Assembly: GCF_009914755.1 (NCBI RefSeq)
Contig: NC_060940.1
DNA from: the human T2T-CHM13v2.0 reference genome, Homo sapiens
Length of the DNA: 64,000 nucleotides
Reading direction: 5' to 3' (one strand)
Positions 39,233 to 53,700 of the stretch are shown here, one piece after another. Both the position numbers and the translations under genes were made by a program. Every line of letters starts with the position of its first letter. Position 1 is the stretch's first letter. The notes under the pieces are model-generated. The model worked only from the letters and a program-made list of their open reading frames with translations, searched no databases and had not been told where the DNA came from.

Positions 39233-42200
39233 CATTCTCAGAAACTGCTCTGTGATGTGTGCGTTCAACTCACAGAGTTTAACTTTTCTTTTCATTCAGC
39301 AGTTTGGAAACACTCTGTTTGTAAAGTCTGCAAGTGGATATCTTGGCCTCTTAGAGGCCTTCGTTGGAAACGGGTTTTTTCATGTAAGGTTAGACAGAGG
39401 AATTCCCAGTAACTTCCTTGTGTTGTGTGCATTCAACTCACAGAGTTGAATGATTCTTTACACAGAGCAGATTTGAGACACTCTTTTGGTGGAATTTGTT
39501 AGTGGAGAATTCAGCTGCTTTGAGGTCAACGGTAGAAAAGGAAATATCTTCGTATAAAAACTAGACAGAATGATTCTCAGAAACTGTTTTGTGATGTGTG
39601 CGTTCAACTCACAGAGTTTAACCTTTCTTTTCAAAGAGCAGTTAGGAAACACTCTGTTTGTAAAGTCTGCAAGTGGATATTCAGACCTCTTTGAGGCCTT
39701 CGTTGGAAACGGGATTTCTTCATATTATGCTAGACAGATGAATTCTCAGTAACTTCCTTGTGTTGTGTGTATTCAACTCACAGAGTTGAACGATCCTTTA
39801 CACAGAGCAGATTTGAAACACTGTTTTTCTGGAATTTGCAAGTGGAGATTTCAGCCGCTTTGAGATCAATGGTAGAAAAAGAAATATCTTCGTATAAAAA
39901 CTAGACAGAATGATTCTCAGAAACTCCTTTGTGATGTGTGCGTTCAACTCACAGAGTTTAACCTTTCTTTTCACAGAGCAGTTAGGAAACACTCTGTTTG
40001 TGAAGCCTGCCAGTGGATATTCGGACCTCTTTGAGGCCTTCGTTGGAAACGGGATTTCTTCATATTATGCTAGACAGAAGATTTCTCAGTAACTTCTTTG
40101 TGTTGTGTGTATGCAACTCACAGAGTTCAACCTTCCTTTAGACAGAGCAGATTTGAAACACTCTTTTTGTGGAATTTGCAAGTGGAGATTTCAAGCGCTT
40201 CGATGCCAATGGTAGAAAAGGAAATATCTTCGTATAAAAACAAGACAAACTCGTTCGCAGACACTGCGTAGTGATGTGTGTGTTTAACTCACAGAGTTTA
40301 ACCTTTCTTTTCATACAGCATTCTGGAAACCCTCTGTTTGTAAAGTCTGCAAGTGGATATTTGGACCTCTTAGATGCCTTCGTTGGAAACGGGATTTCTT
40401 CATATAATGCTAGAGGGAAGAATTCTTAGTAACTTCTTTGTGTTGTGTGTATTCAACTGACAGAGTTGAACCTTCCTTTAGACAGAGCAGATTTGAAAGT
40501 CTCTTTTTGTGGAATTTGCAAGTGGAGATTTCAAGCGCTTTGAGGCCAAAAGCAGAAAAGGAAATATTTTCCTATAAAAACTAGACAGAATCTTTCTCAG
40601 AAACTGCTCTGGGATGTGTGCGTTCAACTCACAGAGTTTAACTTTTCTTTTCATTCAGCAGTTTGGAAACACTCTGTTTGGAAAGTCTACACGTGGATAT
40701 TTTGACCTCTTTGAGGCCTTCGTTGGAAACGGGTTTTTTTCATGTAACGCTAGACAGAAGAAATCTCAGTAACTTCCTTGTGTTATGTGTATTCAACTGA
40801 CAGAGTTGAACCTTCCTTTAGACAGAGCAGATTCGAAACACTCTTTTTCTGCAATTTGCAAGTGGAGACTTCAAGCGCTTTGAGGCCAAAGGCAGAAAAG
40901 GAAATATCTTCGTATAAAAACCCGACAGAATCATTCTCAGAAACTGCTCTGTGATGTGTGCGTTCAACTCACAGAGTTTAACTTTTCTTTTCATTCAGCA
41001 GTTTGGAAACACTCTGTTTGTAAAGTCTGCAAGTGGATATCTTGGCCTCTTAGAGGCCTTCGTTGGAAACGGATTTTTTCATGTAAGGTTAGACAGAGGA
41101 ATTCCCAGTAACTTCCTTGTGTTGTGTGCATTCAACTCACAGAGTTGAATGATTCTTTACACAGAGCAGATTTGAGACACTCTTTTGGTGGAATTTGTAA
41201 GTGGAGAATTCAGCTGCTTTGAGGTCAACGGTAGAAAAGGAAATATCTTCGTATAAAAACTAGACAGAATGATTCTCAGAAACTGTTTTGTGATGTGTGC
41301 GTTCAACTCACAGAGTTTAACCTTTCTTTTCAAAGAGCAGTTAGGAAACACTCTGTTTGTAAAGTCTGCAAGTGGATATTCAGACCTCTTTGAGGCCTTC
41401 GTTGGAAACGGGATTTCTTCATATTATGCTAGACAGATGAATTCTCAGTAACTTCCTTGTGTTGTGTGTATTCAACTCACAGAGTTGAACGATCCTTTAC
41501 ACAGAGCAGATTTGAAACACTGTTTTTCTGGAATTTGCAAGTGGAGATTTCAGCCGCTTTGAGGTCAATGGTAGAAAAAGAAATATCTTCGTATAAAAAC
41601 TAGACAGAATGATTCTCAGAAACTCCTTTGTGATGTGTGCGTTCAACTCACAGAGTTTAACCTTTCTTTTCACAGAGCAGTTAGGAAACACTCTGTTTGT
41701 GAAGCCTGCCAGTGGATATTCGGACCTCTTTGAGGCCTTCGTTGGAAACGGGATTTCTTCATATTATGCTAGACAGAAGATTTCTCAGTAACTTCTTTGT
41801 GTTGTGTGTATGCAACTCACAGAGTTCAACCTTCCTTTAGACAGAGCAGATTTGAAACACTCTTTTTGTGGAATTTGCAAGTGGAGATTTCAAGCGCTTT
41901 GAGGCCAAAAGCAGAAAAGGAAATATTTTCCTATAAAAACTAGACAGAATCTTTCTCAGAAACTGCTCTGTGATGTGTGCGTTCAACTCACAGAGTTTAA
42001 CTTTTCTTTTCATTCAGCAGTTTGGAAACACTCTGTTTGTAAAGTCTGCAAGTGGATATCTTGGCCTCTTAGAGGCCTTCGTTGGAAACGGGTTTTTTCA
42101 TGTAAGGATAGACAGAGGAATTCCCAGTAACTTCCTTGTGTTGTGTGCATTCAACTCACAGAGTTGAATGATTCTTTACAAAGAGCAGATTTGAGACTCT

Positions 42201-45200
42201 CTTTTGGTGGAATTTGTAAGTGGAGAATTCAGCCGCTTTGAGGTCAACGGTAGAAAAGGAAATATCTTCGTATAAAAACTAGACAGAATGATTCTCAGAA
42301 ACTGTTTTGTGATGTGTGCGTTCAACTCACAGAGTTTAACCTTTCTTTTCAAAGAGCAGTTAGGAAACACTCTGTTTGTAAAGTCTGCAAGTGGATATTC
42401 AGACCTCTTTGAGGCCTTCGTTGGAAACGGGATTTCTTCATATTATGCTAGACAGATGAATTCTCAGTAACTTCCTTGTGTTGTGTGTATTCAACTCACA
42501 GAGTTAAACGATCCTTTACACAGAGCAGATTTGAAACACTGTTTTTCTGGAATTTGCAAGTGGAGATTTCAGCCGCTTTGAGGTCAATGGTAGAAAAGGA
42601 AATATCTTCGTATAAAAACTAGACAGAATGATTCTCAGAAACTCCTTTGTGATGTGTGCGTTCAACTCACAGAGTTTAACCTTTCTTTTCACAGAGCAGT
42701 TAGGAAACACTCTGTTTGTGAAGCCTGCCAGTGGATATTCGGACCTCTTTGAGGCCTTCGTTGGAAACGGGATTTCTTCATATTATACTAGACAGAAGAT
42801 TTCTCAGTAACTTCTTTGTGTTGTGTGTATGCAACTCACAGAGTTCAACCTTCCTTTAGACAGAGCAGATTTGAAACACTCTTTTTGTGGAATTTGCAAG
42901 TGGAGATTTCAAGCGCTTTGAGGCCAAAAGCAGAAAAGGAAATATTTTCCTATAAAAACTAGACAGAATCTTTCTCAGAAACTGCTCTGTGATGTGTGCG
43001 TTCAACTCACAGAGTTTAACTTTTCTTTTCATTCAGCAGTTTGGAAACACTCTGTTTGTAAAGTCTGCAAGTGGATATCTTGGCCTCTTAGAGGCCTTCG
43101 TTGGAAACGGGTTTTTTCATGTAAGGATAGACAGAGGAATTCCCAGTAACTTCCTTGTGTTGTGTGCATTCAACTCACAGAGTTGAATGATTCTTTACAC
43201 AGAGCAGATTTGAGACACTCTTTTGGTGGAATTTGTAAGTGGAGAATTCAGCCGCTTTGAGGTCAACGGTAGAAAAGGAAATATCTTCGTATAAAAACTA
43301 GACAGAATGATTCTCAGAAACTGTTTTGTGATGTGTGCGTTCAACTCACAGAGTTTAACCTTTCTTTTCAAAGAGCAGTTAGGAAACACTCTGTTTGTAA
43401 AGTCTGCAAGTGGATATTCAGACCTCTTTGAGGCCTTCGTTGGAAACGGGATTTCTTCATATTATGCTAGACAGATGAATTCTCAGTAACTTCCTTGTGT
43501 TGTGTGTATTCAACTCACAGAGTTAAACGATCCTTTACACAGAGCAGATTTGAAACACTGTTTTTCTGGAATTTGCAAGTGGAGATTTCAGCCGCTTTGA
43601 GGTCAATGGTAGAAAAGGAAATATCTTCGTATAAAAACTAGACAGAATGATTCTCAGAAACTCCTTTGTGATGTGTGCGTTCAACTCACAGAGTTTAACC
43701 TTTCTTTTCACAGAGCAGTTAGGAAACACTCTGTTTGTGAAGCCTGCCAGTGGATATTCGGACCTCTTTGAGGCCTTCGTTGGAAACGGGATTTCTTCAT
43801 ATTATGCTAGACAGAAGATTTCTCAGTAACTTCTTTGTGTTGTGTGTATGCAACTCACAGAGTTCAACCTTCCTTTAGACAGAGCAGATTTGAAACACTC
43901 TTTTTGTGGAATTTGCAAGTGGAGATTTCAAGCGCTTCGATGCCAATGGTAGAAAAGGAAATATCTTCGTATAAAAACAAGACAAACTCGTTCCCAGACA
44001 CTGCGTAGTGATGTGTGTGTTTAACTCACAGAGTTTCACCTTTCTTTTCATACAGCATTCTGGAAACCCTCTGTTTGTAAAGTCTGCAAGTGGATATTTG
44101 GACCTCTTAGATGCCTTCGTTGGAAACGGGATTTCTTCATATAATGCTAGAGGGAAGAATTCTTAGTAACTTCTTTGTGTTGTGTGTATTCAACTGACAG
44201 AGTTGAACCTTCCTTTAGACAGAGCAGATTTGAAAGTCTCTTTTTGTGGAATTTGCAAGTGGAGATTTCAAGCGCTTTGAGGCCAAAAGCAGAAAAGGAA
44301 ATATTTTCCTATAAAAACTAGACAGAATCTTTCTCAGAAACTGCTCTGGGATGTGTGCGTTCAACTCACAGAGTTTAACTTTTCTTTTCATTCAGCAGTT
44401 TGGAAACACTCTGTTTGGAAAGTCTGCACGTGGATATTTTGACCTCTTTGAGGCCTTCGTTGGAAACGGGTTTTTTTCATGTAAGGCTAGACAGAAGAAA
44501 TCTCAGTAACTTCCTTGTGTTGTGTGTATTCAACTGACAGAGTTGAACCTTCTTTTAGACAGAGCAGATTCGAAACACTCTTTTTCTGCAATTTGCAAGT
44601 GGAGACTTCAAGCGCTTTGAGGCCAAAGGCAGAAAAGGAAATATCTTCGTATAAAAACCCGACAGAATCATTCTCAGAAACTGCTCTGTGATGTGTGCGT
44701 TCAACTCACAGAGTTTAACTTTTCTTTTCATTCAGCAGTTTGGAAACACTCTGTTTGTAAAGTCTGCAAGTGGATATCTTGGCCTCTTAGAGGCCTTCGT
44801 TGGAAAAGGGTTTTTTCATGTAAGGTTAGACAGAGGAATTCCCAGTAACTTCCTTGTGTTGTGTGCATTCAACTCACAGAGTTGAATGATTCTTTACACA
44901 GAGCAGATTTGAGACACTCTTTTGGTGGAATTTGTTAGTGGAGAATTCAGCCGCTTTGAGGTCAACGGTAGAAAAGGAAATATCTTCGTATAAAAACTAG
45001 ACAGAATGATTCTCAGAAACTGTTTTGTGATGTGTGCGTTCAACTCACAGAGTTTAACCTTTCTTTTCAAAGAGCAGTTAGGAAACACTCTGTTTGTAAA
45101 GTCTGCAAGTGGATATTCAGACCTCTTTGAGGCCTTCGTTGGAAACGGGATTTCTTCATATTATGCTAGACAGATGAATTCTCAGTAACTTCCTTGTGTT

Positions 45201-46706
45201 GTGTGTATTCAACTCACAGAGTTGAACGATCCTTTACACAGAGCAGATTTGAAACACTGTTTTTCTGGAATTTGCAAGTGGAGATTTCAGCTGCTTTGAG
45301 GTCAATGGTAGAAAAGGAAATATCTTCGTATAAAAACTAGACAGAATGATTCTCAGAAACTCCTTTGTGATGTGTGCGTTCAACTCACAGAGTTTAACCT
45401 TTCTTTTCACAGAGCAGTTAGGAAACACTCTGTTTGTGAAGCCTGCCAGTGGATATACGGACCTCTTTGAGGCCTTCGTTGGAAACGGGATTTCTTCATA
45501 TTATGCTAGACAGAAGATTTCTCAGTAACTTCTTTGTGTTGTGTGTATGCAACTCACAGAGTTCAACCTTCCTTTAGACAGAGCAGATTTGAAACACTCT
45601 TTTTGTGGAATTTGCAAGTGGAGATTTCAAGCGCTTTGAGGCCAAAAGCAGAAAAGGAAATATTTTCCTATAAAAACTAGACAGAATCTTTCTCAGAAAC
45701 TGCTCTGTGATGTGTGCGTTCAACTCACAGAGTTTAACTTTTCTTTTCATTCAGCAGTTTGGAAACACTCTGTTTGTAAAGTCTGCAAGTGGATATCTTG
45801 GCCTCTTAGAGGCCTTCGTTGGAAACGGGTTTTTTCATGTAAGGATAGACAGAGGAATTCCCAGTAACTTCCTTGTGTTGTGTGCATTCAACTCACAGAG
45901 TTGAATGATTCTTTACACAGAGCAGATTTGAGACACTCTTTTGGTGGAATTTGTAAGTGGAGAATTCAGCCGCTTTGAGGTCAACGGTAGAAAAGGAAAT
46001 ATCTTCGTATAAAAACTAGACAGAATGATTCTCAGAAACTGTTTTGTGATGTGTGCGTTCAACTCACAGAGTTTAACCTTTCTTTTCAAAGAGCAGTTAG
46101 GAAACACTCTGTTTGTAAAGTCTGCAAGTGGATATTCAGACCTCTTTGAGGCCTTCGTTGGAAACGGGATTTCTTCATATTATGCTAGACAGATGAATTC
46201 TCAGTAACTTCCTTGTGTTGTGTGTATTCAACTCACAGAGTTAAACGATCCTTTACACAGAGCAGATTTGAAACACTGTTTTTCTGGAATTTGCAAGTGG
46301 AGATTTCAGCCGCTTTGAGGTCAATGGTAGAAAAGGAAATATCTTCGTATAAAAACTAGACAGAATGATTCTCAGAAACTCCTTTGTGATGTGTGCGTTC
46401 AACTCACAGAGTTTAACCTTTCTTTTCACAGAGCAGTTGGGAAACACTCTGTTTGTGAAGCCTGCCAGTGGATATTCGGACCTCTTTGAGGCCTTCGTTG
46501 GAAACGGGATTTCTTCATATTATGCTAGACAGAAGATTTCTCAGTAACTTCTTTGTGTTGTGTGTATGCAACTCACAGAGTTCAACCTTCCTTTAGACAG
46601 AGCAGATTTGAAACACTCTTTTTGTGGAATTTGCAAGTGGAGATTTCAAGCGCTTTGAGGCCAAAAGCAGAAAAGGAAATATTTTCCTATAAAAACTAGA
46701 CAGAAT
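39233..46706 (+). repeat. Mixed run 10,6,6,10,6,6
   Basis: Anchors 39252, 40951, 41970, 42989, 44688, 45707, 46726. Confidence 0.93.
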
Positions 46707-49700
46707 CTTTCTCAGAAACTGCTCTGTGATGTGTGCGTTCAACTCACAGAGTTTAACTTTTCTTTTCATTCAGCAGTTTGGAAACACTCTGTTTGTAAAG
46801 TCTGCAAGTGGATATCTTGGCCTCTTAGAGGCCTTCGTTGGAAACGGGTTTTTTCATGTAAGGATAGACAGAGGAATTCCCAGTAACTTCCTTGTGTTGT
46901 GTGCATTCAACTCACAGAGTTGAATGATTCTTTACACAGAGCAGATTTGAGACACTCTTTTGGTGGAATTTGTAAGTGGAGAATTCAGCCGCTTTGAGGT
47001 CAACGGTAGAAAAGGAAATATCTTCGTATAAAAACTAGACAGAATGATTCTCAGAAACTGTTTTGTGATGTGTGCGTTCAACTCACAGAGTTTAACCTTT
47101 CTTTTCAAAGAGCAGTTAGGAAACACTCTGTTTGTAAAGTCTGCAAGTGGATATTCAGACCTCTTTGAGGCCTTCGTTGGAAACGGGATTTCTTCATATT
47201 ATGCTAGACAGATGAATTCTCAGTAACTTCCTTGTGTTGTGTGTATTCAACTCACCGAGTTAAACGATCCTTTACACAGAGCAGATTTGAAACACTGTTT
47301 TTCTGGAATTTGCAAGTGGAGATTTCAGCCGCTTTGAGGTCAATGGTAGAAAAGGAAATATCTTCGTATAAAAACTAGACAGAATGATTCTCAGAAACTC
47401 CTTTGTGATATGTGCGTTCAACTCACAGAGTTTAACCTTTCTTTTCACAGAGCAGTTAGGAAACACTCTGTGAAGCCTGCCAGTGGATATTCGGACCTCT
47501 TTGAGGCCTTCGTTGGAAACGGGATTTCTTCATATTATGCTAGACAGAAGATTTCTCAGTAACTTCTTTGTGTTGTGTGTATGCAACTCACAGAGTTCAA
47601 CCTTCCTTTAGACAGAGCAGATTTGAAACACTCTTTTTGTGGAATTTGCAAGTGGAGATTTCAAGCGCTTCGATGCCAATGGTAGAAAAGGAAATATCTT
47701 CGTATAAAAACAAGACAAACTCGTTCCCAGACACTGCGTAGTGATGTGTGTGTTTAACACACAGAGTTTAACCTTTCTTTTCATACAGCATTCTGGAAAC
47801 CCTCTGTTTGTAAAGTCTGCAAGTGGATATTTGGACCTCTTAGATGCCTTCGTTGGAAACGGGATTTCTTCATATAATGCTAGAGGGAAGAATTCTTAGT
47901 AACTTCTTTGTGTTGTGTGTATTCAACTGACAGAGTTGAACCTTCCTTTAGACAGAGCAGATTCGAAACACTCTTTTTCTGCAATTTGCAAGTGGAGACT
48001 TCAAGCGCTTTGAGGCCAAAGGCAGAAAAGGAAATATCTTCGTATAAAAACCCGACAGAATCATTCTCAGAAACTGCTCTGTGATGTGTGCGTTCAACTC
48101 ACAGAGTTTAACTTTTCTTTTCATTCAGCAGTTTGGAAACACTCTGTTTGTAAAGTCTGCAAGTGGATATCTTGGCCTCTTAGAGGCCTTCGTTGGAAAC
48201 GGGTTTTTTCATGTAAGGTTAGACAGAGGAATTCCCAGTAACTTCCTTGTGTTGTGTGCATTCAACTCACAGAGTTGAATGATTCTTTACACAGAGCAGA
48301 TTTGAGACACTCTTTTGGTGGAATTTGTAAGTGGAGAATTCAGCTGCTTTGAGGTCAACGGTAGAAAAGGAAATATCTTCGTATAAAAACTAGACAGAAT
48401 GATTCTCAGAAACTGTTTTGTGATGTGTGCGTTCAACTCACAGAGTTTAACCTTTCTTTTCAAAGAGCAGTTAGGAAACACTCTGTTTGTAAAGTCTGCA
48501 AGTGGATATTCAGACCTCTTTGAGGCCTTCTTTGGAAACGGGATTTCTTCATATTATGCTAGACAGATGAATTCTCAGTAACTTCCTTGTGTTGTGTGTA
48601 TTCAACTCACAGAGTTGAACGATCCTTTACACAGAGCAGATTTGAAACACTGTTTTTCTGGAATTTGCAAGTGGAGATTTCAGCCGCTTTGAGGTCAATG
48701 GTAGAAAAGGAAATATCTTCGTATAAAAACTAGACAGAATGATTCTCAGAAACTCCTTTGTGATGTGTGCGTTCAACTCACAGAGTTTAACCTTTCTTTT
48801 CACAGAGCAGTTAGGAAACACTCTGTTTGTGAAGCCTGCCAGTGGATATTCGGACCTCTTTGAGGCCTTCGTTGGAAACGGGATTTCTTCATATTATGCT
48901 AGACAGAAGATTTCTCAGTAACTTCTTTGTGTTGTGTGTATGCAACTCACAGAGTTCAACCTTCCTTTAGACAGAGCAGATTTGAAACACTCTTTTTGTG
49001 GAATTTGCAAGTGGAGATTTCAAGCGCTTCGATGCCAATGGTAGAAAAGGAAATATCTTCGTATAAAAACAAGACAAACTCGTTCCCAGACACTGCGTAG
49101 TGATGTGTGTGTTTAACTCACAGAGTTTCACCTTTCTTTTCATACAGCATTCTGGAAACCCTCTGTTTGTAAAGTCTGCAAGTGGATATTTGGACCTCTT
49201 AGATGCCTTCGTTGGAAACGGGATTTCTTCATATAATGCTAGAGGGAAGAATTCTTAGTAACTTCTTTGTGTTGTGTGTATTCAACTGACAGAGTTGAAC
49301 CTTCCTTTAGACAGAGCAGATTTGAAAGTCTCTTTTTGTGGAATTTGCAAGTGGAGATTTCAAGCGCTTTGAGGCCAAAGGCAGAAAAGGAAATATCTTC
49401 GTATAAAAACCCGACAGAATCATTCTCAGAAACTGCTCTGTGATGTGTGCGTTCAACTCACAGAGTTTAACTTTTCTTTTCATTCAGCAGTTTGGAAACA
49501 CTCTGTTTGTAAAGTCTGCAAGTGGATATCTTGGCCTCTTAGAGGCCTTCTTTGGAAACGGGTTTTTTCATGTAAGGTTAGACAGAGGAATTCCCAGTAA
49601 CTTCCTTGTGTTGTGTGCATTCAACTCACAGAGTTGAATGATTCTTTACACAGAGCAGATTTGAGACACTCTTTTGGTGGAATTTGTAAGTGGAGAATTC

Positions 49701-50779
49701 AGCTGCTTTGAGGTCAACGGTAGAAAAGGAAATATCTTCGTATAAAAACTAGACAGAATGATTCTCAGAAACTGTTTTGTGATGTGTGCGTTCAACTCAC
49801 AGAGTTTAACCTTTCTTTTCAAAGAGCAGTTAGGAAACACTCTGTTTGTAAAGTCTGCAAGTGGATATTCAGACCTCTTTGAGGCCTTCGTTGGAAACGG
49901 GATTTCTTCATATTATGCTAGACAGATGAATTCTCAGTAACTTCCTTGTGTTGTGTGTATTCAACTCACAGAGTTGAACGATCCTTTACACAGAGCAGAT
50001 TTGAAACACTGTTTTTCTGGAATTTGCAAGTGGAGATTTCAGCCGCTTTGAGGTCAATGGTAGAAAAAGAAATATCTTCGTATAAAAACTAGACAGAATG
50101 ATTCTCAGACACTCCTTTGTGATGTGTGCGTTCAACTCACAGAGTTTAACCTTTCTTTTCACAGAGCAGTTAGGAAACACTCTGTTTGTGAAGCCTGCCA
50201 GTGGATATTCGGACCTCTTTGAGGCCTTCGTTGGAAACGGGATTTCTTCATATTATGCTAGACAGAAGATTTCTCAGTAACTTCTTTGTGTTGTGTGTAT
50301 GCAACTCACAGAGTTCAACCTTCCTTTAGACAGAGCAGATTTGAAACACTCTTTTTGTGGAATTTGCAAGTGGAGATTTCAAGCGCTTCGATGCCAATGG
50401 TAGAAAAGGAAATATCTTCGTATAAAAACAAGACAAACTCGTTCCCAGACACTGCGTAGTGATGTGTGTGTTTAACTCACAGAGTTTAACCTTTCTTTTC
50501 ATACAGCATTCTGGAAACCCTCTGTTTGTAAAGTCTGCAAGTGGATATTTGGACCTCTTAGATGCCTTCGTTGGAAACGGGATTTCTTCATATAATGCTA
50601 GAGGGAATAATTCTTAGTAACTTCTTTGTGTTGTGTGTATTCAACTGACAGAGTTGAACCTTCCTTTAGACAGAGCAGATTCGAAACACTCTTTTTCTGC
50701 AATTTGCAAGTGGAGACTTCAAGCGCTTTGAGGCCAAAGGCAGAAAAGGAAATATCTTCGTATAAAAACCCGACAGAAT
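46707..50779 (+). repeat. Three consecutive 8-mers lacking E1 (D2/E2 hybrids; types IV, V, IV); the first has a 4-bp deletion
   Basis: Spacings 1355, 1359, 1359; junctions near 47908-47963, 49359-49380 and before 50682. Confidence 0.92.
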
Positions 50780-53700
50780 CATTCTCAGAAACTGCTCTGT
50801 GATGTGTGCGTTCAACTCACAGAGTTTAACTTTTCTTTTCATTCAGCAGTTTGGAAACACTCTGTTTGTAAAGTCTGCAAGTGGATATCTTGGCCTCTTA
50901 GAGGCCTTCGTTGGAAACGGGTTTTTTCATGTAAGGTTAGACAGAGGAATTCCCAGTAACTTCCTTGTGTTGTGTGCATTCAACTCACAGAGTTGAATGA
51001 TTCTTTACACAGAGCAGATTTGAGACACTCTTTTGGTGGAATTTGTAAGTGGAGAATTCAGCTGCTTTGAGGTCAACGGTAGAAAAGGAAATATCTTCGT
51101 ATAAAAACTAGACAGAATGATTCTCAGAAACTGTTTTGTGATGTGTGCGTTCAACTCACAGAGTTTAACCTTTCTTTTCAAAGAGCAGTTAGGAAACACT
51201 CTGTTTGTAAAGTCTGCAAGTGGATATTCAGACCTCTTTGAGGCCTTCGTTGGAAACGGGATTTCTTCATATTATGCTAGACAGATGAATTCTCAGTAAC
51301 TTCCTTGTGTTGTGTGTATTCAACTCACAGAGTTGAACGATCCTTTACACAGAGCAGATTTGAAACACTGTTTTTCTGGAATTTGCAAGTGGAGATTTCA
51401 GCTGCTTTGAGGTCAATGGTAGAAAAGGAAATATCTTCGTATAAAAACTAGACAGAATGATTCTCAGAAACTCCTTTGTGATGTGTGCGTTCAACTCACA
51501 GAGTTTAACCTTTCTTTTCACAGAGCAGTTAGGAAACACTCTGTTTGTGAAGCCTGCCAGTGGATATTCGGACCTCTTTGAGGCCTTCGTTGGAAACGGG
51601 ATTTCTTCATATTATGCTAGACAGAAGATTTCTCAGTAACTTCTTTGTGTTGTGTGTATGCAACTCACAGAGTTCAACCTTCCTTTAGACAGAGCAGATT
51701 TGAAACACTCTTTTTGTGGAATTTGCAAGTGGAGATTTCAAGCGCTTTGAGGCCAAAAGCAGAAAAGGAAATATTTTCCTATAAAAACTAGACAGAATCT
51801 TTCTCAGAAACTGCTCTGTGATGTGTGCGTTCAACTCACAGAGTTTAACTTTTCTTTTCATTCAGCAGTTTGGAAACACTCTGTTTGTAAAGTCTGCAAG
51901 TGGATATCTTGGCCTCTTAGAGGCCTTCGTTGGAAACGGGTTTTTTCATGTAAGGATAGACAGAGGAATTCCCAGTAACTTCCTTGTGTTGTGTGCATTC
52001 AACTCACAAAGTTGAATGATTCTTTACACAGAGCAGATTTGAGACACTCTTTTGGTGGAATTTGTAAGTGGAGAATTCAGCCGCTTTGAGGTCAACGGTA
52101 GAAAAGGAAATATCTTCGTATAAAAACTAGACAGAATGATTCTCAGAAACTGTTTTGTGATGTGTGCGTTCAACTCACAGAGTTTAACTTTTCTTTTCAA
52201 AGAGCAGTTAGGAAACACTCTGTTTGTAAAATCTGCAAGTGGATATTCAGACCTCTTTGAGGCCTTCGTTGGAAACGGGATTTCTTCATATTATGCTAGA
52301 CAGATGAATTCTCAGTAACTTCCTTGTGTTGTGTGTATTCAACTCACAGAGTTAAACGATCCTTTACACAGAGCAGATTTGAAACACTGTTTTTCTGGAA
52401 TTTGCAAGTGGAGATTTCAGCCGCTTTGAGGTCAATGGTAGAAAAGGAAATATCTTCGTATAAAAACTAGACAGAATGATTCTCAGAAACTCCTTTGTGA
52501 TGTGTGCGTTCAACTCACAGAATTTAACCTTTCTTTTCACAGAGCAGTTAGGAAACACTCTGTTTGTGAAGCCTGCCAGTGGATATTCGGACCTCTTTGA
52601 GGCCTTCGTTGGAAACGGGATTTCTTCATATTATGCTAGACAGAAGATTTCTCAGTAACTTCTTTGTGTTGTGTGTATGCAACTCACAGAGTTCAACCTT
52701 CCTTTAGACAGAGCAGATTTGAAACACTCTTTTTGTGGAATTTGCAAGTGGAGATTTCAAGCGCTTCGATGCCAATGGTAGAAAAGGAAATATCTTCGTA
52801 TAAAAACAAGACAAACTCGTTCCCAGACACTGCGTAGTGATGTGTGTGTTTAACTCACAGAGTTTAACCTTTCTTTTCATACAGCATTCTGGAAACCCTC
52901 TGTTTGTAAAGTCTGCAAGTGGATATTTGGACCTCTTAGATGCCTTCGTTGGAAACGGGATTTCTTCATATAATGCTAGAGGGAAGAATTCTTAGTAACT
53001 TCTTTGTGTTGTGTGTATTCAACTGACAGAGTTGAACCTTCCTTTAGACAGAGCAGATTCGAAACACTCTTTTTCTGCAATTTGCAAGTGGAGACTTCAA
53101 GCGCTTTGAGGCCAAAGGCAGAAAAGGAAATATCTTCGTATAAAAACCCGACAGAATCATTCTCAGAAACTGCTCTGTGATGTGTGCGTTCAACTCACAG
53201 AGTTTAACTTTTCTTTTCATTCAGCAGTTTGGAAACACTCTGTTTGTAAAGTCTGCAAGTGGATATCTTGGCCTCTTAGAGGCCTTCGTTGGAAACGGGT
53301 TTTTTCATGTAAGGTTAGACAGAGGAATTCCCAGTAACTTCCTTGTGTTGTGTGCATTCAACTCACAGAGTTGAATGATTCTTTACACAGAGCAGATTTG
53401 AGACACTCTTTTGGTGGAATTTGTAAGTGGAGAATTCAGCCGCTTTGAGGTCAACGGTAGAAAAGGAAATATCTTCGTATAAAAACTAGACAGAATGATT
53501 CTCAGAAACTGTTTTGTGATGTGTGCGTTCAACTCACAGAGTTTAACCTTTCTTTTCAAAGAGCAGTTAGGAAACACTCTGTTTGTAAAGTCTGCAAGTG
53601 GATATTCAGACCTCTTTGAGGCCTTCGTTGGAAACGGGATTTCTTCATATTATGCTAGACAGATGAATTCTCAGTAACTTCCTTGTGTTGTGTGTATTCA

